This document shows positions 20,511 to 32,093 of a DNA stretch of 64,000 nt, in pieces (the first letter of the stretch is position 1; every line of letters begins with the position of its first letter). The notes beneath the pieces are model-generated. The model was not told the origin of the DNA and made no database searches. It worked only from the letters and a program-made list of their open reading frames with translations. The DNA is from an uncultured delta proteobacterium (GTDB taxonomy: Bacteria; Desulfobacterota; RBG-13-43-22): positions 29,146-93,145 of the forward strand of contig CAVUPH010000029.1 in the NCBI GenBank assembly GCA_963743305.1, given 5' to 3'. A program made the position numbers and the translations under genes.

Positions 20511-22187
20511 CTATAACAGAAGGAGAAAAAGGACTGCCGGGATCAAACCGCCCAAGGCTGCAAACGGAAAGTCCTCCTCCACCTCAAAAGACTGTGGTCG
20601 GGAAAATTCGCCCTCTTTCCCCTGGGGATTGATAGAACTCGTTCGAACGTAATAGGTACCGCTCTGGGCAGGTTTTTTCAGACGGAGTTCAGGCTGGGCA
20701 ACCTTCTGATCCACAACGATTTTCTGAAAGCCTTCGTCTTGGGCCATCTGAAGATGATAGGTCAGGTTCGCTCCGGGATTCGGCCACCGAAAATAGATAT
20801 TATCCTTTCCCACCGCGGGTTTCTCCAGGGCGGGTGAAGGGGGAGGCTGAACCACCTTGAAAGGCAGGCTGTCCGACCAGGCCCCTTCGTACCCGTCAGC
20901 GGCGATCGACCTGACCCGGAAATAGTATCCTTGATAGTCGAGCGAGGCCGTCGTGTATTCCGTAGCCGTGAGATCCTTTTGTTCCATTCGGATTTTCTGA
21001 AACTCAGGGTCTTCCGCCAGTTGAAAATGGTACTTCTCCGCGTCCCGCACCTTGAGCCACCGGAAGTTCAGGCGCCGTTCCATGTATTCTCCCTCATGCT
21101 CCGGCATTTGAATAAAAGGGGCAACGGGATTGGTACGAATCTTCAGGGGAACCACGGCCGAAGACGGCCCTTCCAATCCCACGGCATTGATGGAAAGGCT
21201 GCTCAGGAAATACGTCCCATCCTCCAGTCCTTCAACCAGCAACGGCTCCTCGGGTGAGAGGACCACATCGCGGATCGCATCCCTGGCCGCCTCATCCTTC
21301 GAAATGATTACCCGATACTTGGAAGCACCCGTCACTTCTTCGTACTCCAGGGCCAACGGTAGTTTATTATAGTGTTCCTTCAGTGCCCGCCAGGCTGGTG
21401 GGGGAAGCAGCCTCCCCGGGGCTAGGGGCGGCGCCCCTTTTCGGACGACTGTTCCTTCCATTTCCTTGACGGCCACCCGGCCCTCCCGGTTTCCTAGTCC
21501 TACGACCCCTTCCAGGACCTCACACCGTGTCGTCTGTTCCAGGTCGACCGCGATTCGAAATTCCGTGCCCCGCACCGCGGCCACCGCCGCCGGTGTCTGA
21601 ATTTCATAGCGGGGCTCTTGCCCAACGATTTTTCTGATTCGGGAAAAGGTATTTCCTATTTCCTGCTTTATTTTATAAAACCGGTGAAGGAGACCTCTTT
21701 TCTCCGCTGAGATCAACGAAATCTGGGTATTGGACTTCAGAAAAAGAACATCGCCGTCCTCAAAAACCATCTCCAACTCGCTTTGCTCACCAGTACTTAC
21801 CCAACCCCCTTGGGCAATGTGCTCCCCAAGATGGAGGGGTTCCCATTTTTTTGCCCCCTGGTCGTAGAGGAGGACCTCCCCCTTCAGATAAGTGACCTGC
21901 CCGTTCAACGGCAGTCTTTTCAGCAGGTCAACAGGGATGATCAGCTTTCTTCCGGGATAGATCAGGTCGGGGTTTCGAAGGTGATTGATTCGGGCTATCT
22001 CCGGCCACCGCCGGGGATTTTCCAGATACCGCTCCACGATATTTACCAGACGATCCCCCTTGGAAATAGTAACCTCCACCGTCGGGTTGGCCGAGGCGGC
22101 CCCCAGGGTCAGGCACCCGATTAGCATTAAAGAAACCGTCATAGACAGATGGCGCATCTTCTTCCTCTCGAGACAGGTGACTTCCAC
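20511..22187 (-). CDS. LysM + FecR + fibronectin-III-like membrane-anchored protein
   Basis: LysM (WPEIARIN..NPDLIYPG), FecR (TPAAVAAVRGTEF), repeated YFRVRSI/YYVRTSSI beta domains, C-terminal TM. Confidence 0.85.
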   Translation of the reverse strand: MEVTCLERKKMRHLSMTVSLMLIGCLTLGAASANPTVEVTISKGDRLVNIVERYLENPRRWPEIARINHLRNPDLIYPGRKLIIPVDLLKRLPLNGQVTYLKGEVLLYDQGAKKWEPLHLGEHIAQGGWVSTGEQSELEMVFEDGDVLFLKSNTQISLISAEKRGLLHRFYKIKQEIGNTFSRIRKIVGQEPRYEIQTPAAVAAVRGTEFRIAVDLEQTTRCEVLEGVVGLGNREGRVAVKEMEGTVVRKGAPPLAPGRLLPPPAWRALKEHYNKLPLALEYEEVTGASKYRVIISKDEAARDAIRDVVLSPEEPLLVEGLEDGTYFLSSLSINAVGLEGPSSAVVPLKIRTNPVAPFIQMPEHEGEYMERRLNFRWLKVRDAEKYHFQLAEDPEFQKIRMEQKDLTATEYTTASLDYQGYYFRVRSIAADGYEGAWSDSLPFKVVQPPPSPALEKPAVGKDNIYFRWPNPGANLTYHLQMAQDEGFQKIVVDQKVAQPELRLKKPAQSGTYYVRTSSINPQGKEGEFSRPQSFEVEEDFPFAALGGLIPAVLFLLLL

Positions 22188-22210
22188 CTTGATTCATTCT
22201 GCCAAAGAGT

Positions 22211-22237
22211 GCATCGGATTATACCGGATTCCCTTTA
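22211..22237 (-). promoter_or_regulatory. Candidate sigma28 (FliA) promoter
   Basis: Minus strand TAAA-N15-TCCGATGC versus consensus TAAA-N15-GCCGATAA. Confidence 0.45.
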
Positions 22238-22433
22238 AAGAATCCCTTGGCTTCAGCTTTCTTGATTAATAAAATTCAGCGTATGATATCACACCTAATC
22301 GACAAAGTCGATAAACAGGCATGGGGTGGAGGAATCCCCTCGCCGGGCAAACCCCGCCCCCTATCATCCGGAGGACGGTTCGATGGAGGGCAAGGGGGAG
22401 CAGGTCGCTGATTATCTAATCGGCAGGAACGCT

Positions 22434-23420
22434 TCAGCCGCCGATTTTGGACATCTGGCGCTGACAACGCTGGGGTGTGGCGGGGGATTGGAGGGGATGC
22501 TCCTTGGGTTTGGAGGCTATGGCCTCATGGATAATCATTTCCAGTTCGTCGTCTGAGGCCCCCTGCCGCAGGGGACGACGGATATCGGTTTCATTATCGG
22601 AAAAAATGCAGGTCCGGAGCTTTCCGTCGGCCGTCAGGCGAAACCGATTGCAGGACGGGCAGAAATGATGACTGATGGGGCTGATCAGCCCGATTTCGCC
22701 TCGGGCCCCGGAATACTTCCAGCGTCGGGCGGGACCGTCCAACCCGTGGCCGTTCAAGGGCTCCAGGGCGCCCAGGGTTTGCAGCCGGGTCAGGATTTGA
22801 TCTCCCGGCAGGTATCGCTCCGTCTGGCAGCCGGTCTCCGGTCCCACGGGCATGAATTCAATGAAACGGATATGAAACGGTTTTTCCAGGGAGAGGCGGC
22901 CAAAGGCCGGGATCTCGTCCTCGTTGAGTCCTTTCAGCGCCACCACGTTGATCTTGATCGGCTGAAAGCCGACGGCTTCGGCGGCCAGGATCCCCTGCCA
23001 GACCTGGTGAAAAAAGTCCTGTCGGGTAATTCGGGCGTACCGGCGGGGATCGAGGGAATCGAGGCTGATGTTGATCCGGCGGATCCCGGCCTCCCAGATG
23101 GCCTGGGCTTGTTCGGCCAGCAGGACCCCATTGGTGGTCAGGCTGATGTCCTTTATCCCCGGGATCCGGGCCAGTTCCGCGATAAAAGGGATCACGCCCT
23201 TACGGGCCAAAGGTTCTCCGCCGGTCAGGCGGATCTTTTCGATGCCCAGGCGGACGCTTAACCGGGCCAGACGCAGGAACTCTTCGTAGCTCAGGATATC
23301 CCCGTGGGCCAGCTTGGGCACTCCCCCCTCCGGCATGCAATAGAGACAGCGCAGGTTGCACCGGTCGGTGAGGGAGAGGCGTAGATAATTGAGGCGGCGA
23401 TTAAAGGGATCTAATAGCAT
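22434..23420 (-). CDS. moaA: GTP 3',8-cyclase
   Basis: CNLRCLYC radical SAM motif, RLTGGEP, FCPSCNRFR, C-terminal IGG. Confidence 0.97.
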   Translation of the reverse strand: MLLDPFNRRLNYLRLSLTDRCNLRCLYCMPEGGVPKLAHGDILSYEEFLRLARLSVRLGIEKIRLTGGEPLARKGVIPFIAELARIPGIKDISLTTNGVLLAEQAQAIWEAGIRRINISLDSLDPRRYARITRQDFFHQVWQGILAAEAVGFQPIKINVVALKGLNEDEIPAFGRLSLEKPFHIRFIEFMPVGPETGCQTERYLPGDQILTRLQTLGALEPLNGHGLDGPARRWKYSGARGEIGLISPISHHFCPSCNRFRLTADGKLRTCIFSDNETDIRRPLRQGASDDELEMIIHEAIASKPKEHPLQSPATPQRCQRQMSKIGG

Positions 23421-23457
23421 AGTCGCTTATTGGTTGCATAAATATGTCTTTTTTTAC

Positions 23458-23487
23458 ATAATATCATTTATTAGAAGACTCTGTCAA
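23458..23487 (-). promoter_or_regulatory. Candidate sigma70 promoter of moaA
   Basis: Minus strand TTGACA-N18-TATTAT with TG extension. Confidence 0.45.
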
Positions 23488-23576
23488 TCTGTCGTGGTGA
23501 TTTCGCAAAAAATCTCAGTCGGTCATGGTGAGCCCTGCGTTTGCCGTCATCCTGAGCAAGAGAACGGAACAACACT

Positions 23577-24804
23577 ATGAAACCCTTTTTTAAGGTAAAA
23601 ACCCCCGAAGAAATTTTTGAAATGTTGGAAATCTTCCCGCCCTTGGGCCGGGAAACCCTGCCCTTGGAAAAGGCGCTGAACCGGGTGCTGGCTGAAGAGG
23701 TATCCTCCCCCGAAGACCTGCCCCATTTCGCCCGGGCGACCATGGATGGATACGCGGTTCGAGCCCGGGATACCTTCGGGGCCTCCGAGGCCATACCGGC
23801 CTTATTGACGGTCAGCGGGGAAATCACTATGGGCCGGGAGGCCACCGTCCCGATTCGACCCGGCCAATGCGCCCGCATCGCCACCGGAGGCATGCTCCCT
23901 CCCGGGGCCGACTGCGGTGGTCATGATCGAGCAGACCCAGGGTTTGGATGACCAAACCATCGAGGTCTTCAAGTCGGTTTCTCCTCTGGACCACGTCATT
24001 CAAATCGGGGACGATCTCCGGCGGGGACGGACGGTCCTCCAGGCGGGTCGACGCCTTCGACCCCAGGATCTGGGTCTTTTAGCCGGCCTCGGGGTGCAGC
24101 AGGTCCCGGTAGTTCACCAACCCCGAGTGGCGGTCATTTCCACCGGCGACGAGATCGTCCCCTTCGATCAGCAGCCGCCCCCGGGAAAGGTCCGGGACAT
24201 CAACGCCTTCACCTTGCCGGCCCTGGTCCGGGAGGCCGGCGGGGTCCCGGAGTTCTTGGGTTTGTCCCGGGACAATTTTCAGGAGCTCCGGGAAAAGTGC
24301 CGAACGGGCCTGGAGCATTTCGATGCGGTCCTGATTTCCGGTGGAAGTTCCGTGGGAAGCCGGGACTTTTCCCTGGAGGTCATCGGTTCATTTCCGGGAG
24401 CGGAAATTCTGGCCCACGGCATCTCCATCAGTCCCGGTAAACCTACCATCCTGGCCCGCGTCGGCTCCAAAGCCCTTTGGGGCCTGCCGGGTCATACCGC
24501 CTCGGCCCTGGTGGTCTTTTCCATTTTTGTCAAGCCCTGTCTGAACCACCTGGAAGGGGAACTCCCCTCTTCGATCAAACCCAGCTTGAAGGCCCGCCTG
24601 ACCCGCAACCTGGCCTCGGCCCAGGGCCGGGATGATTATATCCGCGTCGCCCTGCGCCAGGGTCCCGAGGGCTGGGAAGCCGAACCGATCCTGGGAAAAT
24701 CCGGGCTCATCTCCACCCTGGTCCGGTCCGATGGGTTGATCCGCATCGACCGCTTCACGGAAGGAAAAGAAAAAGGGGAATGGGTGGAGGTTATGCTGTT
24801 TTAG
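23577..24804 (+). CDS. moeA: Molybdopterin molybdenumtransferase, frameshifted near 23915
   Basis: ATMDGYAV, IATGGMLP, STGDEI, SGGSSVG, PGKPT, GLPG, across two frames. Confidence 0.9.
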
Positions 24805-24944
24805 AAATTTTGGCGATTCAGGAAACAATTGAGAATTGGCAATGTGATTGTTGATCATTTGTTCTTGCCTCGGCAGGACTTAAAAAATCAATTTTCAATC
24901 GTCAGTAATCAATCGTAAATTGTCAATTAAGGAAAGGTAATTCA

Positions 24945-26868
24945 ATGAAACGAAAAATATACTTTGAGATGAAATCGCTGGCGGAGGCCCGGGACATTTT
25001 CTTTAACTGCCTCGACTACCCTTCCCTTCTGGGGGACGAAGCCATCCCCACGACGGAAGCCCTGGGCCGCGTCCTGGCCGAACCGGTCTTTGCCCGTTTT
25101 TCTTCTCCTAATTTCCATTGCGCCGCCATGGACGGCATCGCCGTCTGGGCGGAGGACACCTTCGGGGCCAGCATCGAGCAGCCGAAGCAGTTGACGATCG
25201 GTAAGGGTGCCTTCTGGATCAACACGGGCCATCCCCTGCCCCCGCAAACCAACGCCGTCATCATGGTGGAAAACCTCAACCCGTTGGATGAAGAACGACT
25301 TGAAATCCAGGCCTCCGCCTACCCCTGGCAATACGTCCGCAAGCTGGGCGAAGATATGGTGGCCACCGAACTGCTGCTGTCCCAAGGCCACCGGATCAAT
25401 GCCTACGACCTGGGAGCCCTGATCGCCGGGGGAATCTTCAGGGTAACCGTAAAAAAGCGGCCCAAAGTAATCCTGATTCCCACCGGATCCGAACTTTTGG
25501 ATTGGGCCGACCTCCAGGGGAAACCTTTGCCGCCCGGCAAGGTACCGGAATTCAACACCCTGATCCTCAGCGGTCTGGTCCAGGAATCCGGAGGACTTTC
25601 CGAACGCCGGGGGATCATCAAGGACCAACCGGAAAAAATTCAGGCCGCCCTGGCGGAAGCCGCGGCCTCGGACTGCCAGATGGTGATCCTGAACGCCGGG
25701 TCGTCTTCGGGCAGCGAGGACTACACTTTTTCGGCCGTCCAGGCCCTCGGACAGGTCCTGGTCCACGGTGTGACCATCATGCCCGGCAAGCCGACCATCC
25801 TGGGGGTCGTCCAGGGAAAACCGGTAATCGGAAATCCCGGTTACCCGGTTTCAGCCACGATCTCTTTCGAACAGTTCGCCCGGCCGGTTCTGTATCAAAT
25901 GCAGGGTCTGCTCACCCCGGAACGAAAAAAACTGAATGTTTATCCGGCCCGCCATTTTCCATCCAAGCTCGGCCAGGAGGAATTCCTGCGGGTCAATCTC
26001 GGTCAGGTGGGGGACAAAGTTATCGCCAACCCCCTGCCCCGCGGGGCCGGCACCATTACCTCCCTGACCCGAGCCGACGGGATCATCCGCATCCCGGAAA
26101 ACGCCGAGGGACTCAACCTGAACGAGCCGGTCCCGGCTGAACTGTTGCGGGATGAGCAGGTCATCGCCCAGACGGTGGTCATCGTCGGCAGCCACGACAA
26201 TACGCTGGACCTGCTGGGGAATTTCTTTACCCTCTCCTTCCCGCGTTTTCGGCTGACCTCCAGCAATGTAGGCAGCACCGGGGGATTGATGGCTCTCAAG
26301 CGAGGGATCGCCCATCTGGCCGGCTCCCATCTGCTGGACCCGGAAACCGGCGAGTACAATATCCCCGATATCCGGCGTTTGATCCCGGACGTTCCCGTCA
26401 AAGGGGTCAACCTGGTCTTTCGCCAGCAGGGTCTGATCGTGCCCCAGGGAAATCCCAAGGGGATTAAAGGCCTGGAGGATTTGACCCGCCCGGACCTGGT
26501 GCTGATCAACCGTCAGGCCGGCTCCGGAACACGCATCCTGCTTGATTTCCGTTTGAAAGGCCCTGGGGATCGATCCGACGGCCATCCGGGGTTACGAAGA
26601 CGAAGAGTTCACCCACATGGCCGTGGCCGTCAATGTCCTGAGCGGGCGGGCCGATGTCGGGATGGGCATTTTCGCCGCCGCCAAAGCCCTGGACCTGGAT
26701 TTCATCCCCGTGGTCCAGGAACGGTACGACCTGATCATTTCCGAGAAGTTTTGGGAGGAAGAAAAAATCCAGGCCCTGCTGACGGTCATTCGGTCTAATG
26801 AATATCAGGATGCCGTCCGGGCCATGGGAGGATACGAATTGACACGGACGGGGGAATTACTGTTCTAA
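24945..26868 (+). CDS. MoeA fused to a periplasmic-binding-type domain, frameshifted near 26560
   Basis: AAMDGIAV, PGKPT, GSHD, VGSTGGL, NRQAGSGTR; continues as AVAVNVLSGRADVG..ERYDL in another frame. Confidence 0.88.
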
Positions 26869-27389
26869 AGGGAATAGTGGAATAATGGAAGGATGAAAAA
26901 GCCCTCTGCCCATACCCATCATTCCATCATGGAGTTGGAAAAAGCCACTGAAGGTGAAATCTTCCACTGGACAAATTTCCCTTTCTCCCCCTTTGATAAA
27001 GGGGGGGCGGGGGGGATTTAAAGGATTCCCAACCCATTTGGTGGACTTTTTTTCTGAAACATTAAGGTGGGGAGGTGTTGTTCTAATGCTGAAAACGAGT
27101 GTCGAATTGCGAACCCGAATTAGGAATAACAAAGTTGTGGTCGGTGGGACCGGCTCAAGGCGGACAGTCGGGGCCTCCGGCATCGTCAGCGTTAATTTGG
27201 GACCGAACTCCACTCCGGCCTCCTGAGGCCTGTACCAAAAAGAGACTCAGAGCTTGGACCCATGGTCGTTGGCCCTTTCTATGCTTTCACGATTCCTCAT
27301 GGATTTGTTCACTAGCCTCTTACATTCAGAAGTATACCACTGTTCCCGGACCTTTGCCCAGCCTTCATCTCGTCATGATCGATCTCTAT

Positions 27390-27499
27390 CGCCAACGCCC
27401 GCCATCAGCGGCGCGCAACCACCCCGCCAAGGAGCTTCAGGGAATGCCACCATATTTGCCCGGCGTGGTGGCGTTTCCGACTGCATGGCGTTGTTAGCG
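27390..27499 (-). repeat. Integron attC site
   Basis: Minus strand CGCTAAC..GCCATGCAG...CTGATGGC..GTTGGCG; L boxes pair except one extra G; central stem CCACCACGCC/GGCGGGGTGG. Confidence 0.8.
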
Positions 27500-27523
27500 A
27501 CTTCAACTGGAATTCGAAGATGG

Positions 27524-28414
27524 CTAGCAACTCCATTGAGCCTGCCCCAGAACATAGATCGCCAAGGAGATATCGTCGTTTCACTCACCCAGGAGAACGA
27601 TTCGGTTTCTTGTGCCAGTGGGCGATAGGAATTCAGCAAGAAAGCGCCGAACTAGGTACGTCTTCCAGTAAGCTCATCTGAGCATCGCGAAGCGGATAGT
27701 CTTCCACCTGGGTATGATGGTGACTAACATCAAGGCATGCAGCAGATCCGTGCCTTCTTGCTCCACCTCCGCTGAAGCCATCGTTCTGCAGGCTGTCGAA
27801 GTGCTGTTTCAGATCTGAGCATCATGGAGGCACATCACGTCATCGACGGTAGATCTCACGGACGCTCAGGATACGGACGCATTGTCATATCGAATTCAAC
27901 CAAGTTCGTCCTTCGACGTCACAGCCTCAAGGACCGCATCTGCATGGCCTTCTTCTCCACCGTCACGAAATGAATCCTCGATAGGTGAGCCGCGTCGCTC
28001 GAGGATCGATCTAGCCGTGCTACTGTCCCAAGGCGTCTTGAATCGTCGTCCATCGAGAGACCAGTCAGATTCTACTCGTCAGGCGTTCGAGATCCTGCGC
28101 AAGACCGAGCTAGTCGGTGCAGTCATAGGATAGCCGACGATCGCGATGGCCTGACATCGTCTTGAAGCCTTCAAACTCTGCGTCAGCGACCGCTCAAGTT
28201 CGTCGCTCTCACCAGAAGCGGCAATACGCATGTATAGGCGTTCGTGGTACGTGGCCCCCGCGTGAAGGTCCGCTTCCACAGCGGGCCTTCGGATGCGACA
28301 CGCAGATCGCGGTAGGCCAAGTAGCTTGCCGTCCACCGCGGAACTCCATCTCTGCATAGGCAACTTCGCGGCACAGTGGTTGTCCTCATAGACGTTATGG
28401 AAATCCGTGCTCAT
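27524..28414 (-). pseudogene. Class I SAM-dependent methyltransferase gene cassette, heavily disrupted
   Basis: Fragments in different frames, MSTDFHNVYED, SYLAYRDL, YRPLAQETESFSWVSETTISPW, match a methyltransferase family recalled from memory. Confidence 0.6.
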
Positions 28415-28439
28415 TGCCTCGAGATCGCATCTTGCGCCA

Positions 28440-28466
28440 CGCTAACATAGTATTATGCCTCAAAAA
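28440..28466 (-). other. Integron attI site / first-cassette junction
   Basis: Minus strand GGCATAATACTATG|TTAGCG; GTTAGCG is the exact complement of the cassette's attC R'' box CGCTAAC. Confidence 0.65.
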
Positions 28467-28575
28467 TAGCATCCCTATTTCACGCCTTCCTGGATGCTAT
28501 GCCTCAAAAAATGTCCGGACAACCCATAAACATGATGCCAATATGAGGCATATGATCCAACCGGGGAGGGATGAT

Positions 28576-28757
28576 ATGCCTCAAACGACTCGTCGGGGTG
28601 TGGCGCCGCTGAATCCCCAGCCGCGCTGGCCTGAGGGATACCTCACCGTGCTTAGGGAGGCCGGGGCGCAGGAGAAAACCATCCCGCACTGTGTGGCTTG
28701 GATCCGCCGGTTCTTTGCCGAGCATCCGGACCGCAGGCGCCGGGACCTGGGCCTCAG
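28576..28757 (+). pseudogene. N-terminal stub of an integron integrase (SAM-like domain)
   Basis: RBS GGGGAGGG; WPEGYLTVLREAGAQEKTIPHCVAWIRRFF resembles the N-terminal SAM-like domain; divergent from attI; no catalytic domain. Confidence 0.55.
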
Positions 28758-28774
28758 CCAAAAGCAAATTCTTA

Positions 28775-29236
28775 TCATAATCGCATGAATTCCTCGGGAG
28801 TTAAAACCACACCTTGGAAAATGGTTTCAAAATGCAAATCGTCCCAGGAAATCATTGTCCGACAAAAGGGCGTATGTTTCTTGGCAACTGAAATCATCAA
28901 GGCATCGCCAAGCGATGTCCGGGCTTTGAGCAGATTAAAAATTTCTCTAATTTCAACCTCGGGGAATTTCATATCCAGGCTGGGGAAAGGAAGCACAGCC
29001 ACTTGATATTTTTGTTGGAAATAGGACCACAATTCGATCAACTGTTTTTCATTGAGATTAAAGGAGAGAATGCCGCAGAGTTCCAATAAATTGATTATGG
29101 TCGTAAAGCCGTTTCTCTTTTTGGCCAGATGATTGAGGAGGGCCCGATTGCTATTGAATTTGACATCTCTTTTATACCTCAGGTCGATCACAAAAACATT
29201 CGTATCGATCAGGACTAAGTCCGATTTCGAGCCCAA
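28775..29236 (-). CDS. PIN-domain VapC-like toxin
   Basis: VLIDTNVF, LGDALMI, SWDDLHF; overlaps upstream antitoxin. Confidence 0.82.
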   Translation of the reverse strand: MGSKSDLVLIDTNVFVIDLRYKRDVKFNSNRALLNHLAKKRNGFTTIINLLELCGILSFNLNEKQLIELWSYFQQKYQVAVLPFPSLDMKFPEVEIREIFNLLKARTSLGDALMISVAKKHTPFCRTMISWDDLHFETIFQGVVLTPEEFMRL

Positions 29237-29478
29237 TCAACGGCCTCCTTCCATCCCTTAAACGGCGGCTTTGTGTTTCCCAGAGTTTTTTCAATGTCCT
29301 CCCAGGCCTCATCAAAGTGTCTGATTTCTTCCATGGTGGTTGTCTTTTCAGCTTTCGGTGGACTAATAACCCCGATGGGTTTTCCCCGATAGGTCAAGGT
29401 CAGGTGCTCCCCCGATTTTACCCTTTTGATTATTTCTCCTGTGTTCTGTTTTAATTGCTTTGCCGTTATCGTACCCAT
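29215..29478 (-). CDS. Phd/YefM antitoxin
   Basis: ITAKQLKQNTGEIIKRVKSGEHLTLTYRGKPIG; palindromes AAGTAATCACTT and AGTAATTACT just upstream. Confidence 0.85.
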   Translation of the reverse strand: MGTITAKQLKQNTGEIIKRVKSGEHLTLTYRGKPIGVISPPKAEKTTTMEEIRHFDEAWEDIEKTLGNTKPPFKGWKEAVDWARNRT

Positions 29479-29562
29479 ACCAGGACCCTCCAAGTAATCA
29501 CTTCAAGTTTATAGTAATTACTTCGCCCAGGAAATCAAGGACTACTATTGCCATCTTTCTTT

Positions 29563-30027
29563 TCAGCGCTGGTGATAGGCCGGATGCCCGGGCTTCACGG
29601 CAAAGAAGGTCCCCCGGCAGGTGGCCGTTACCTCGCCCCGGTAGGACAGGGTGGCTTCGATCACGGCTTTGCTTTTGGTGGATTCGACCACCGTGGCCGA
29701 CAATTCCACGGCGTCATCGATCGGGGTGGGCTTCAGCAGCTTGACGGCGAATTCCCCGGTGACCGTGCAGGGCGGCTGGTCCAGGCCGTTCTTCACCATC
29801 AGATGCCAGGCCGAGGTCCAGTTGGAATGGCAGTCCAAAAGCGTCCCGATGATCCCGCCGCAGAGCACCCCCTCAAAGGCCTGGTGATGAGGTTCGGCCT
29901 TCCAGCGGGCCACCACCCGATCGCCATCCACATAGCTTTTGATCTTCAAGCCCTGTTCATTGGTCGGCCCGCAGCCGAAGCAGATGCCCCGGGCGTAATA
30001 TTTATCCTGAATATTCCATTCTTGCAT
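29563..30027 (-). CDS. PaaI-family hotdog thioesterase
   Basis: CFGCGPTNEQGL, GVLCGGIIGTLLDCH, VKLLKPTP. Confidence 0.85.
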   Translation of the reverse strand: MQEWNIQDKYYARGICFGCGPTNEQGLKIKSYVDGDRVVARWKAEPHHQAFEGVLCGGIIGTLLDCHSNWTSAWHLMVKNGLDQPPCTVTGEFAVKLLKPTPIDDAVELSATVVESTKSKAVIEATLSYRGEVTATCRGTFFAVKPGHPAYHQR

Positions 30028-30066
30028 ATCGTTCCTTCCCTCCAGCCCTTCTCCGGATCTTGTCAG

Positions 30067-30501
30067 TTATAGGGTTTGAACCAGCCCTTCTCCCTGGGCG
30101 GCCACCATTAAACGCCGATCAAAAGTCAACAGTTTCAATTCGGGCAGGTCCTCCTGAAGAATTTTAGCGGCCGCCAGGTGCCAGAGATCGGCACCCCGCA
30201 GGGAGTAGCGGGCGGACAACTGCCGCAAGTCATTCTGCCGGGGGACCCCCTGCCAGGACCTCCAAGGGCCGGTTTCCAGGCTTTCCTCGGCAGCCTTTAC
30301 CAGTACTTCCGCCAGCAGCTTCTCCCGGGCTATCCGCCGCAATACGGCCGACACCTCCGCGTAGGCCAGGGTGGAAAGGAAATGGTATCCCCACCGGATC
30401 GCCCATCGATGGGCTTCCCGGCTGTGGTCGTCTTTCAGGAGGGCAGACAGTATGGCCGAGGCATCCCAATAGAGGACCGCCGGCTTTTCTTCCGCCTTCA
30501 T
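30067..30501 (-). CDS. VapC PIN toxin
   Basis: YWDASAIL, LRGADLWHLAAA, TFDRRL. Confidence 0.88.
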   Translation of the reverse strand: MKAEEKPAVLYWDASAILSALLKDDHSREAHRWAIRWGYHFLSTLAYAEVSAVLRRIAREKLLAEVLVKAAEESLETGPWRSWQGVPRQNDLRQLSARYSLRGADLWHLAAAKILQEDLPELKLLTFDRRLMVAAQGEGLVQTL

Positions 30502-30812
30502 CGATTTCGGTCCTCCTGCAAGAAGTTCTGCGCCACTCCCTTCGGAGCTGGCAGCGGCGGCGGCAAGGGGATCCGGTTTTTTTTCGAGACAGGACGAAGA
30601 AGCCCCTGCCCTTCCAAACGGCGGACCCTCTCTTCCAGGGGCAGGTTCTCCGATTCCAAGGGAACGATCTTGGCGATCGGGTGTCCCCGATCGGTGATGA
30701 CCACCTCCCGGCCGCTTTTTACCCTCTTAAGGATCTTACTCAAGTCGATCTTGGCCTCGCGAATACCGACGCTGTTTAAAACCATAGCCATTCCCCCATA
30801 AATCATACTCAT
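30498..30812 (-). CDS. Phd/YefM antitoxin
   Basis: VGIREAKIDLSKILKRVKSGREVVITDRGHPIAKIVP; 4-nt overlap with toxin. Confidence 0.88.
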   Translation of the reverse strand: MSMIYGGMAMVLNSVGIREAKIDLSKILKRVKSGREVVITDRGHPIAKIVPLESENLPLEERVRRLEGQGLLRPVSKKNRIPLPPPLPAPKGVAQNFLQEDRNR

Positions 30813-31024
30813 TGTAATTCTTTTTTAGATGTAGTCTGACAAAGCACAAATGTCAAGCTGAAAAGGGAAACCGGCATTCAATTCCGATGCGACACCCGCC
30901 GGGACTTTCAAAATTTCGCCCGATCCTTAACCGAACGCCCTTCTTGACAAACAACCGGTTCATTAGTTATCGTGACCAATGTTGAATCGTTCCTGGTAAC
31001 AAGAAAGGGTTGCGGAAAGGAACC

Positions 31025-32059
<1,035 letters not shown>

Positions 32060-32093
32060 GCTACCGTAGTCTTCCCGCCCCTTCCCGGCCGCC

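Noticed and set aside
23421-23576. Moco/Wco riboswitch between moaA and moeA
   Set aside because: No recognisable riboswitch fold; spacer explained by a promoter and repeat fragments. An Rfam scan would be decisive
26973-27019. CCCCCTTTGATAAAGGGGG hairpin (also 49504-49541) as a terminator or G-quadruplex
   Set aside because: Recurring REP-like intergenic palindrome without a U tract; no specific function supported
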